Assembly (NCBI GenBank): GCA_964349365.1 | Contig: CAYGFY010000004.1 | Span: 24,115-88,114, forward strand | Direction of reading: 5' to 3' | From: an uncultured Bacteroidales bacterium | Lineage (GTDB): Bacteria > Bacteroidota > Bacteroidia > Bacteroidales > UBA7960 | Length of the DNA: 64,000 nt | Shown here: positions 1 to 8,351 of the stretch, piece after piece | Numbering within the stretch: the stretch's first letter is position 1 | Layout of the letters: each line of letters starts with the position of its first letter | The notes under the pieces: generated by a model | Seen by the model: only the letters and a program-made list of their open reading frames with translations | Databases searched by the model: none | What the model was told of the DNA's origin: nothing | Translations under genes and position numbers: made by a program

Positions 1-1527
1 CCATTCAAGTGTAACACCTCCCCAAATATTTGATTCTGACTCCTTTAGCTTCCTTGTAACAAACAGATTGCCAATCATGAACAATAGACCAATTAAAAGA
101 ATAACAGCTCCAATTGTTGATAATTGCTGACCTGGTTGAAACTGCTCGAGATAATCGTAATAGCGCCTAGGCATACCCTGCATTCCCATGACAAAAAGCG
201 GGAAGTAGGTGAGGTTGAAACCAACGAAAATAATTCCTAGGGCAGCGTACGCTCTTTTTATACTGTACATTACCCCAAACATCTTGGGATACCAATAGTG
301 TGTGGCGGCAAAAAAGGCAAATCCCATCCCGCCAAAAATAATGTAGTGGAAGTGTGCAACCACGAAGTCAGTATCATGCAGGTGAATATTTGTAGCCAGC
401 GAACCGAGTGTTAGACCCGTGAACCCTCCTATCATGAAAAGGAAAACAAAAGCAATTGCAAACAACAATGGTGGCTTTATGTTGATTGACCCTCCGTATA
501 GTGTTGAAATCCAATTAAAAACTTTTATGGCACTGGGTATTGCCACGATGAAAGTGAGAAATGAATAAAACCACCTAGACCAGTAACTCATACCCGAAGT
601 GAACATATGATGCCCCCAAACAAAATATCCAACAAATGCAATGGCCAGACTCGAAACAACTATTGCCCCGTAGCCAAAAATTGGTTTTCGGCTAAACGTT
701 GGGAATATTTCGGATACCACCCCCATGGCCGGCAGAATCATAATATAGACGGCGGGGTGCGAATAAATCCAGAAAAGGTGCTGAAACAACACTGGGTCGC
801 CCCCCAGGGCTGGGTCGAAAAATCCTATTTGCAAAACCCTTTCGGCAATTACCATAAGTAGCGTGACTCCCACAATTGGGGTGGCGAGCACCTGAATCCA
901 GGCGGTTGCGTAAAGCGACCATGGAAAAAGCGGCATCTTGAACCAACCCATACCTGGTGCCCTCATTCGATGAATTGTTACAATAAAGTTTATTCCCGTG
1001 AGAATTGAAGAAAAGCCAAGTACGAAGGCCGCAGTAAGTGCCCAAATCACGTTGGTTTTTGACACTGCACTATATGGCACGTAAAAGGTCCATCCAGTAT
1101 CGGGAGTGTGCCCACCCATGAATTGTGACATGAGCCCGAGTATGGCGCCAATTATGAACAGATACCACGAAAAAAGGTTAAGCCTGGGAAACATTACATC
1201 CCTTGCACCAATCATTAACGGCAAGAAAAAATTACCAAACACGGCAGTTAACCCCGGAATAACAACTATGAAAATCATGATTATTCCATGTAGCGTTAAT
1301 ATACCGTTATAGGTTTGGGGGCCCATTATTACTTCGCCCGGAACGAATTTTTCAGCCCTCATGGCCATTCCCAAAAAGGCTGCCACAATAAAAAATACCA
1401 TTATGGAAAAAAGGTACAAAAGGCCAATACGCTTGTGGTCGGTTGATGTTAACCATCCCATGATACCTGAGTGTTTTCCCTTGTAATCCAGGTAACTGAC
1501 GTAGGTTTTTTCGGTTGAACTTTGCAT
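1..1527 (-). CDS. ctaD: Heme-copper (cytochrome c) oxidase subunit I, A2-type. Partial: the 3' end runs off the left window edge.
   Basis: Absent from the supplied ORF track because there is no stop codon inside the window. My translation of the minus strand from the ATG at 1527..1525 reads MQSSTEKTYVSYLDYKGKHSGIMGWLTSTDHKRIGLLYL ... GGDPVLFQHLFWIYSHPAVYIMILPAMG ... VAHFHYIIFGG ... It stays open for all 509 codons down to position 1. The small track ORFs at 607..1312 are shadows of this gene. Confidence 0.93.
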   Translation of the reverse strand, partial: MQSSTEKTYVSYLDYKGKHSGIMGWLTSTDHKRIGLLYLFSIMVFFIVAAFLGMAMRAEKFVPGEVIMGPQTYNGILTLHGIIMIFIVVIPGLTAVFGNFFLPLMIGARDVMFPRLNLFSWYLFIIGAILGLMSQFMGGHTPDTGWTFYVPYSAVSKTNVIWALTAAFVLGFSSILTGINFIVTIHRMRAPGMGWFKMPLFPWSLYATAWIQVLATPIVGVTLLMVIAERVLQIGFFDPALGGDPVLFQHLFWIYSHPAVYIMILPAMGVVSEIFPTFSRKPIFGYGAIVVSSLAIAFVGYFVWGHHMFTSGMSYWSRWFYSFLTFIVAIPSAIKVFNWISTLYGGSINIKPPLLFAIAFVFLFMIGGFTGLTLGSLATNIHLHDTDFVVAHFHYIIFGGMGFAFFAATHYWYPKMFGVMYSIKRAYAALGIIFVGFNLTYFPLFVMGMQGMPRRYYDYLEQFQPGQQLSTIGAVILLIGLLFMIGNLFVTRKLKESESNIWGGVTLEW

Positions 1528-1648
1528 GCTGTTTGTTTCTATTTTAAAAGATTTGCGAAAATTTGACTAAAAAATCCCTTGTAAGAAAATATTTATATTT
1601 CAAGAGGCAACCCATAATCATCTTTATAAGGCAAGTTTCAATCTATTG

Positions 1649-2419
1649 CTATTTTTTCTTTCGGCCCATTACCAGTAATGTTATAAGCAGTATTGCGGCC
1701 AGAAAAATGATAATTCCTCCAATAATGGTGGTGGTTTTGAGTGTGTATGTTCGGCTCTCGGGGTCAAACGTAAAGCAAACCTCCAACAATTTATTTACGC
1801 TTGATCCTATTCTGCCCTCGGCAGCCTCGGTCAATGCCATTTTAACATTAAATGGCAAGAACGAAAGCCCGTAAAGATACCTTGTAATTACACCTCCGGG
1901 GCTAATGAAAACAATAACCGAAGGGTGATTCCAGTCAAGTCCGGCAGGTTTGTACTTGTAACCTACAGCACCTGTAATAATATCGATGCTTTCTTGCGAA
2001 CCAGTTAAGTACATCCACCCATGGCGGTGAGGTTCTCCGATCTTCTGAATGAAGTTGGTTTTCATTTCCCTGGCCTTTTCGGGTGTGTCCCTAACGTTAA
2101 AACTAATTGTAATGATCTGGTAGTCTTTTCCCAGCACCAAATCAAGCTTGCTAGCCACGTCTTCCATGCCCACAAGGCTCGGGCTACAAACACCCGGGCA
2201 GTCAAAGTAAACAAAGTTTAAGATGGTCGGTTTGTTAATGAGCATGCCAAGACTAACAGTGTCGTTGGTTTCGTTAATAAAGGTCAACTCGAGCGGAATC
2301 GTATCGCCAAGCATTTCTATGACCCCGATTTCAACTTCACTTGCAGCCGAACGAGATTGTCCGTGACATTTAAATAAGAATACCGCAAAGAACAAGATTG
2401 CGAGAAAGATTCTGTTCAT
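1649..2419 (-). CDS. SCO1/SenC family copper chaperone (thioredoxin-like) with a C-terminal TM anchor
   Basis: Track ORF 1649..2548. It carries a CxxxC motif in FVYFDCPGVCSP. I place the start at ATG 2419 (MNRIFLAILFFAVFLFKCHG, signal-like), because the longer ORF would overlap the upstream cytochrome c gene. The C-terminus has a hydrophobic helix (IIGGIIIFLAAILLITLLV). Confidence 0.85.
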   Translation of the reverse strand: MNRIFLAILFFAVFLFKCHGQSRSAASEVEIGVIEMLGDTIPLELTFINETNDTVSLGMLINKPTILNFVYFDCPGVCSPSLVGMEDVASKLDLVLGKDYQIITISFNVRDTPEKAREMKTNFIQKIGEPHRHGWMYLTGSQESIDIITGAVGYKYKPAGLDWNHPSVIVFISPGGVITRYLYGLSFLPFNVKMALTEAAEGRIGSSVNKLLEVCFTFDPESRTYTLKTTTIIGGIIIFLAAILLITLLVMGRKKK

Positions 2420-2492
2420 GATCCTTGTTTTTAGTTGGTTGCTAAATGTTTTTTTATTAAAAGGTTTAAAAATGGTTGGTATTAATCGTTTA

Positions 2493-3407
2493 TCAATCAA
2501 CATTTTTGTCTTTTCCCAATTCGGATATTTGGAAAATATTTCTAACAATAAGGGCTATGTACGCCCAAGCACCCGCGACCAAAAGTGGAAATAATACCAA
2601 AAGCCAAAAAGGAGCCTTTTCACGAGTATTCCACATGGCCCTTTTCTCTCTATAGTTAACCGGAAACTTGGGTACCCCGGCCATAAGCGATGTGTCTGCC
2701 TCAACGGTTCCGTAAAGGGCTTCATTTTGCAGCTTGGCAAAGAACCTTACCATGCCGGCGGTATCGCCAGGCAAGTTTTTGCTCGTTTCAAAAAGGGCAA
2801 CACCCTCATCGTTGGTGCGCTTAGCCCCGTCTATCAACAGGTTTCCGAAGGCGCGTCGGGCAAAAAGGTTTATCTCGGCATTTGTAACCGGTATTTTTTC
2901 TCCATGCCTTACACCTGAAACCTGAGCCTTTATTTGTTGGGTAGCTTCGAGAAATTGAAGAAGGATTTTTAGATCACTACCATCAAAGGTTCCTTCGGCA
3001 ATTTGCTTGGCTATTTCTTGAGCATAGGCAGGATTGAAGCTCCTTACGTATGCCACAACCTCCCAAATCTCTGTTTCGGAAAGCACATTCCTGAACGAAG
3101 GCATTGCACCCAACCCATTGGCTATCTTGTAAAACAGCATTCCATCGGTGTTTGCTTGCGATTCTTTTGAACAAACATCGCCTGGCGAGGGAACAAGCAC
3201 AACGTAGTTTGCCAAGCATGGGGTTCCGTGGCATACAGCACAGTTTCGCTCGAAGTGCATTTTACCCCTCGCAACAACTTCCCCGTCAAACTTAAACGAG
3301 GAAAGCCTTGCAGCATCATCGGGTGGGACAAGCCATTTGGGGTTTTGCTGCCCATGGTGGCCAATGGCCACAAAACACGATATTAAGGTAATGGCAATTA
3401 GTTTCAT
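2493..3407 (-). CDS. Membrane-anchored monoheme c-type cytochrome (class I domain plus a roughly 170 aa extension and a C-terminal TM helix)
   Basis: N-terminal signal peptide MKLIAITLISCFVAIG. There is a single CxxCH heme motif (NCAVCHG) with a downstream Met context (GLGAMPSF). The C-terminal helix is FWLLVLFPLLVAGAWAYIALIV. Confidence 0.8.
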   Translation of the reverse strand: MKLIAITLISCFVAIGHHGQQNPKWLVPPDDAARLSSFKFDGEVVARGKMHFERNCAVCHGTPCLANYVVLVPSPGDVCSKESQANTDGMLFYKIANGLGAMPSFRNVLSETEIWEVVAYVRSFNPAYAQEIAKQIAEGTFDGSDLKILLQFLEATQQIKAQVSGVRHGEKIPVTNAEINLFARRAFGNLLIDGAKRTNDEGVALFETSKNLPGDTAGMVRFFAKLQNEALYGTVEADTSLMAGVPKFPVNYREKRAMWNTREKAPFWLLVLFPLLVAGAWAYIALIVRNIFQISELGKDKNVD

Positions 3408-3488
3408 ATCAAACAGTATGTTCTTATTTTTTCAAAAAAATTATCCTTTCTGGTGCGCCAAGCGTGCAAAATACTATTCCTTTTCACC

Positions 3489-4850
3489 TTAATTGCTCGA
3501 AGTACCAGCACTTACTGCATTTTCAGACTCTTGTGCCTCGTGATGAGTCTCCCAGATGGGGATCACCGGAAACAGTTTCGACAAAACCGTAATAATAAGC
3601 AACGCAATTACCAAGGTCATTATGGTTATCATTATCTCGTGCAAGGTGGGTGAGTAAACCATGTACTTTTCGGGCACGAACATCTTGGGCAGGTATGGGT
3701 GCTCCATTGTTGGCACCACAATAATGTATCTTTTGAACCAAGATGCTATCAATGCCACAAATGCAATGATTGCCATTGGATTTGCCCTGCGCAGTTTTCT
3801 GAAAAGCAGCAAAACAATTGGGGCAATTACCCCACCTGTCATCGAAAACCAGAACAATGGAGCGTATTGCCCCGAAAAAAGCTCGTGAAGGTGGTATGCA
3901 TCGGCCTTTTTCAACTTATAGCCTGGTACCAGAAACTCGTTAACGTTGAAATACAGGTATAGAAGGGAAACTGTCAGGAGCAGCTTCCCCAATTTGTCGA
4001 AGTGCGACTCGTTGATGTATTTTTCGAGGCCGTAAAGTTTCCTCAACAACCAAACAAGAAAAATTACCGCTGCCGTGCCTGCCACGAATGCTCCCGAAAT
4101 AAAATACGGGCCAAAAATGGTACTATCCCAGCCCGGCCTGGGGTTCACGGCAAAAAGCCAGGCTGTAACCGTATGGATTGCAAAGGCAGCGGGGATTACA
4201 AGTATCATCAAAATCCTCATTGACTTGAAAAGGATTTTGAATTGCTCGCTTTTGTGTTTCCAGTTCAACGACAAAATGCCATAAACATTTAGTAGCCAGC
4301 CCGGTGCATCCTTCATGCGTACCCTGGCAATTGCCAAGTCTGGCAGAAGCGGAATGTAGTATAGCAAAGCGCATAGCACCATGTATGTGGTTATTACTGT
4401 AACATCCCACAAAATGGGCGATTGAATCCTGCCGTAGAGTAATATGAAGTGAGCCCTATCAGGACGCCCCATGTCGGTAATGATGGCCAAACCAGCAACG
4501 GCAGCGCAGGCAAGGGCAATTATTTCTGAAATGCGGCCTATCGGCCTTATCCATTTGTAACCGAGCAAGCCCAACACTGATGTGATAAGCATGCCCACAA
4601 GGCTCACTGCAACAAAAAATACGAAATGCCCAATGTACATACCCCAACTTACAAAATCGCCGAGGCCCGTAACAACAAGGCCAAATTTCAATTGTTCGAA
4701 GTAAAAGTATCCGCAGGCCAATAAAACCAGCATTAGAAAGCCAACCCAAACTATAAACCCCTTGCTGATTTTAATGTGACTGGTTAAATCGGTTGCCATA
4801 CCATTTAACTTCTGGTTGTCGTCGGCGAACATTTTGGTTAAATCTTCCAT
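3489..4850 (-). CDS. NrfD/PsrC-family polytopic membrane quinol-interacting subunit
   Basis: A 453 aa protein that is strongly hydrophobic, with about 10 predicted helices. It sits immediately downstream of a Tat-exported 4Fe-4S protein, which is the typical NrfC-NrfD / PsrB-PsrC / ActB-ActC arrangement. Confidence 0.82.
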   Translation of the reverse strand: MEDLTKMFADDNQKLNGMATDLTSHIKISKGFIVWVGFLMLVLLACGYFYFEQLKFGLVVTGLGDFVSWGMYIGHFVFFVAVSLVGMLITSVLGLLGYKWIRPIGRISEIIALACAAVAGLAIITDMGRPDRAHFILLYGRIQSPILWDVTVITTYMVLCALLYYIPLLPDLAIARVRMKDAPGWLLNVYGILSLNWKHKSEQFKILFKSMRILMILVIPAAFAIHTVTAWLFAVNPRPGWDSTIFGPYFISGAFVAGTAAVIFLVWLLRKLYGLEKYINESHFDKLGKLLLTVSLLYLYFNVNEFLVPGYKLKKADAYHLHELFSGQYAPLFWFSMTGGVIAPIVLLLFRKLRRANPMAIIAFVALIASWFKRYIIVVPTMEHPYLPKMFVPEKYMVYSPTLHEIMITIMTLVIALLIITVLSKLFPVIPIWETHHEAQESENAVSAGTSSN

Positions 4851-4911
4851 TTGTAAAGTTTTTTGTGCTTAATTCGGGTTTTGCCTTCCTAAAATAAGTT
4901 TCGGTTTTACA

Positions 4912-5883
4912 TTAAGCTTCGTCAACGAAACTATCGGGCGATGGGGCTTCGTCAGGAAAGTCGAACAGCGGATTCTTGCTTGGCAGGTAGTAAACTCTTG
5001 GATCGGTGCCAAGTTCTGGCATGAGCCTGTAACCTGCATTTTCCCTAATCAACTCGCTAAACCTAACCGTTTCCTTCGTGGTGCCGTTTGTAACGGCATC
5101 CTCGTTTCGGTCGCCAAACCAAAACACGCCATTTGGGCAGGATTCAACACAATAGGGCATTTTGCCCTCGCGGAGGCGGTCGGCACTGAAAACACATTTT
5201 GAAATGGTGCCTTTCTTTTGCGGAACGTTAAGTTCAACATCATACTTCATATCCGCAAATTCCTCCTTGCGGGGTGGTTCTTCCCAATTAAACACCCTTG
5301 CGCTATAAGGGCAAGCTGCCATGCAAAACCGACAGCCAATACACCTTTCGTTATCAATAAGCACCACGCCGTCCTGACGCTTGTATGTTGCGTTAACCGG
5401 ACACACCGAAGTACACGGTGGATTATCGCAATGCTGGCAAGGCTTGGGCTTGAAGTAGGGTTTGATGGTTTTAGACTCTTGCATTACCAAGGTGTTGATG
5501 TGGTATTGGTAAGGCCTCAACTGGTGCGCTTCCTGGCAAGAACTAATACACTTGCGAGCGTTGCGGCATTTGGCAAGGTCAATAACCATTACCCAACTTT
5601 TTCCCGGCAAGCCCTCGCGGCCTCTTTCTTGCAGAGATGCCATTGGGGGCTGCAAGTGATGTATTTGGTCTTTGGGCACCTTAACAATCTTGTTGTCCTC
5701 CGTGAGAACCTTTACAAAATCATCTTTGCCCTTTGCTTTTTCGAAAACGCGGCCGGAATATATGGCGGCACCGCCAGCCACAATTGCGGCGCCTGCAACT
5801 CCAATTTTTTTTAAAAAATCCCTGCGTGTTTCATCGCTGCCCGACCTTGATTGTTTTGAGTTTTTTTCGGGTTTGTCACTCAT
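4912..5883 (-). CDS. Tat-exported 4Fe-4S ferredoxin-type subunit (NrfC/PsrB/DmsB-like)
   Basis: Twin-arginine signal (ETRRDFLKKIGVAGAAIVAGG). Cys clusters include CQHCDNPPCTSVCP, CIGCRFCMAACP and CVESCP, plus CRNARKCISSC. There is no molybdopterin-binding domain. Confidence 0.85.
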   Translation of the reverse strand: MSDKPEKNSKQSRSGSDETRRDFLKKIGVAGAAIVAGGAAIYSGRVFEKAKGKDDFVKVLTEDNKIVKVPKDQIHHLQPPMASLQERGREGLPGKSWVMVIDLAKCRNARKCISSCQEAHQLRPYQYHINTLVMQESKTIKPYFKPKPCQHCDNPPCTSVCPVNATYKRQDGVVLIDNERCIGCRFCMAACPYSARVFNWEEPPRKEEFADMKYDVELNVPQKKGTISKCVFSADRLREGKMPYCVESCPNGVFWFGDRNEDAVTNGTTKETVRFSELIRENAGYRLMPELGTDPRVYYLPSKNPLFDFPDEAPSPDSFVDEA

Positions 5884-6091
5884 GTTGGAAACATTTTGTT
5901 TACAAGTAAAAAACTGTAGTAGGGGGCCAATGCCTTCCTCGCGAGCCTTGTAGATTTATTGCGCCAATCAACAAACTTGGCAGAACCGCCCCTGACAAAA
6001 GTAAACAAATAATTCAATTACCTAAATACTCAAAGCATCTCTAAACTGCCCAAAATGCTCTATTTATATCCATTCTAAATATTTTTTATTG

Positions 6092-6114
6092 ATTTACACG
6101 GTGTTGATGTAAAT
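6092..6114. promoter_or_regulatory. Perfect 7-bp inverted repeat ATTTACA-N9-TGTAAAT upstream of the respiratory operon (candidate operator)
   Basis: Read directly from gATTTACAcggtgttgaTGTAAATaag. It lies about 210 bp upstream of the Fe-S gene start at 5883. It also contains the direct half-sites TTGATTTACA / TTGATGTAAA. Its function is not demonstrated. Confidence 0.25.
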
Positions 6115-6257
6115 AAGATTTGTTATTAATTACGCACGAGGTTGAGGAGTTGTACGTGTAATTTGCAAGTTGTGAGTTTGAATTGTTGGTTGGGGATTGC
6201 GGCCAATGGTGGTCATTTGTGCCATCCACGTCAATGCGGGTTTTTTTTAAAATTCAA

Positions 6258-6288
6258 ATTCTGGCAGTTTCAAGAAGCCTGCCAGAAT
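6258..6288 (-). terminator. Stem-loop downstream of htpG (putative terminator)
   Basis: 10-bp perfect stem ATTCTGGCAG ... CTGCCAGAAT with an 11-nt loop, about 50 nt after the htpG stop. On the minus strand it is followed by TTTGAATTTT. Confidence 0.45.
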
Positions 6289-6336
6289 TGAAGCAAATTA
6301 GGCCAAAGCCGACAAATCAGGAAATTGCAACAAAAA

Positions 6337-8214
6337 CTAAATCAAATCAACGCTCCTTTTTATAAACTCTGTTAGTTTTTCGCCTTTGAGCAAGTTTCGC
6401 GAAAGCAGGGCCAGGTCTATAACCTGCTTTGCAAGTTTATCCTTGGTTTCTTCTTGGTTTTCGCAAGAGATTTTTCCAATTAGCGGGTGGTTGCTATTTA
6501 TAACCAACATGTATGAATCGGGGAGATTGCCCATGTAGTTCATTCCGCCAAGTTTTGACATATCTTTCATGCGGCGCATGAATTCGGGTTGGGTTATCAC
6601 CGCCGGGGCGTCAGACTCGCTGAGGTTTTGAAATGAAACCCTCAATTCTTCCTTGCCGATTTGCTTCTCGAAAACCGGCAATAGCCTGTCAATTTCTTCT
6701 TGCGAAAGTTTCGAAGGCAGTTCGTCCTCTTTTTTTATCAGGTTGTCAAGAGAGTCGGAGTCTATTCTGACGAACATATTGTTTTCTATTTCTGATTCGA
6801 GGAGGTTAACAAAGTGGCTGTCAATAACTGTATCGAACAACAAAACGTCGTAGCCTCTTTCCTTAGCCGCGGCAAGGTATGAGTGTTGCTCAACGGTGTT
6901 TGTGCTGTAAAGATGAATTACTTTGTTGTCCTTGTTGGTTTGGTTGGCCTTGATGTGGTTTTGATATTCTTCGAGGGTAAAGAATTTGTCGTCAACGGTT
7001 TTTACCAGGCAAAACTTCTTGGCACGCTCCCTGAACTTGTCGTCGGAGATCATTCCGTATTGGATGAAAATCTTGATATCATCCCATTTCTTTTCGAATT
7101 CATCTCTGTTGTGCTTGAATATTTCTTCCAGCTTGTCGGCAACCTTTTTGGTAATGTGGCTGCTGATTTTCTTCACGTTGCCATCGCTTTGCAGGAAGCT
7201 GCGCGAAACGTTAAGCGGAATGTCTGGCGAATCGATAACTCCGTGAAGGAGTGTAAGAAAGTCGGGTACGATGCCCTCGACCGAATCGGTTACGAAAACC
7301 TGGTTGCAGTATAGTTGAATTTTATCTCGTTGAACCTCGAAGTTTTGTTTTACTTTAGGGAAGTAAAGGATGCCTGTAAGGTTGAAGGGATAATCGACGT
7401 TAAGGTGAATGTTGAACAGCGGGTCGTCGAAATTCATTGGATAAAGCTCGCGGTAAAAATCCTTGTATTGCTCATCGGTCAAATCGGCAGGTTTGCGAGT
7501 CCAGGCCGGCTTAACGTTGTTGATTACACGGGGCTTGGTGATGGGTTCATCCTTCTGCTCGCCATTTTCATCATTCTTCTTGATTGTTACCTGCTCGGTG
7601 CCGAAAACAATTTCTACGGGCAAGAACTTGCAGTATTTTTTTAGAAGCGACAATATTCTGTGTTCTTCGATGAACTCCAAAGAATCGTCGGCAAGGTGTA
7701 AAACCACATCCGTTCCCCTGTGGTTCTTTTCTGTTTCGTCGAGTTTATAGTTCGGGCTACCATCGCACTCCCACCTAACAGCTTTGCTACCATCTTGGTA
7801 TGATTTGGTGAAGATTTCAACTTTTTTGGCAACCATAAACGAGGAGTAGAACCCAAGGCCAAAATGTCCAATAATATTTGAGTTAAGGTCCTGGCTCTTA
7901 ACCTTTTCGACCCATTCTTCGGCGCTGCTAAAAGCAATTTGGTTGATGTACTTCTTAACCTCATCGGCGGTCATTCCAATTCCCTTATCGCTAATTGTTA
8001 GGGTTTTGTTATCCTTGTCAATTTTTACTTCAATTTGATTGTTTCCCAGGTCGCCGCTAACTTCTCCCATTGAAGAGAGGGCCTTGAGCTTTTGGGTAGC
8101 GTCAACTGCATTAGAAACTAACTCTCGCAAAAATATCTCGTGATCGGAGTATAGGAATTTCTTGATTATTGGGAAAATGTTCTCGGTTTTGACGTTTATC
8201 TTTCCTTTTTGCAT
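6337..8214 (-). CDS. htpG: Molecular chaperone HtpG (Hsp90)
   Basis: The N-terminus MQKGKINVKTENIFPIIKKFLYSDHEIFLRELVSNAVDATQKL is the canonical HATPase/Hsp90 start. I place the start at ATG 8214; the track ORF extends to 8295 through the maeB terminator. Confidence 0.95.
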   Translation of the reverse strand: MQKGKINVKTENIFPIIKKFLYSDHEIFLRELVSNAVDATQKLKALSSMGEVSGDLGNNQIEVKIDKDNKTLTISDKGIGMTADEVKKYINQIAFSSAEEWVEKVKSQDLNSNIIGHFGLGFYSSFMVAKKVEIFTKSYQDGSKAVRWECDGSPNYKLDETEKNHRGTDVVLHLADDSLEFIEEHRILSLLKKYCKFLPVEIVFGTEQVTIKKNDENGEQKDEPITKPRVINNVKPAWTRKPADLTDEQYKDFYRELYPMNFDDPLFNIHLNVDYPFNLTGILYFPKVKQNFEVQRDKIQLYCNQVFVTDSVEGIVPDFLTLLHGVIDSPDIPLNVSRSFLQSDGNVKKISSHITKKVADKLEEIFKHNRDEFEKKWDDIKIFIQYGMISDDKFRERAKKFCLVKTVDDKFFTLEEYQNHIKANQTNKDNKVIHLYSTNTVEQHSYLAAAKERGYDVLLFDTVIDSHFVNLLESEIENNMFVRIDSDSLDNLIKKEDELPSKLSQEEIDRLLPVFEKQIGKEELRVSFQNLSESDAPAVITQPEFMRRMKDMSKLGGMNYMGNLPDSYMLVINSNHPLIGKISCENQEETKDKLAKQVIDLALLSRNLLKGEKLTEFIKRSVDLI

Positions 8215-8293
8215 GGGTGTGTTGTTTAAGTTTTGGAAAACCTTGGCAAAGTTCGTGCCTCGATAGAAGAACTGCCAATTTGACACAAAGGTC

Positions 8294-8332
8294 AAAAAAA
8301 TTGTCGGGATGACTTAATATCGCCCCGACAAT
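8294..8332 (-). terminator. Rho-independent terminator after maeB
   Basis: On the minus strand: ATTGTCGGG-gcgatattaagtcat-CCCGACAAT followed by TTTTTTT, about 20 nt after the maeB stop. Confidence 0.65.
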
Positions 8333-8351
8333 TTGTTATAAGTTGCTGCAA

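Noticed and set aside
607-1312. Three short track ORFs (607..861 +, 692..1045 -, 1106..1312 +)
   Set aside because: All three lie inside the continuous 509-codon minus-strand CoxI reading frame (1..1527), which has unmistakable heme-copper oxidase motifs. They are frame shadows.
2420-2548. N-terminal extensions of several track ORFs (2548, 8295, 10715, 14268, 15778, 23255, 30678, 31563, 43045, 53438)
   Set aside because: In each case, an internal ATG coincides with the conserved family N-terminus or with a signal peptide, and it removes overlap with the neighbouring gene or terminator. I therefore used the shorter coordinates.
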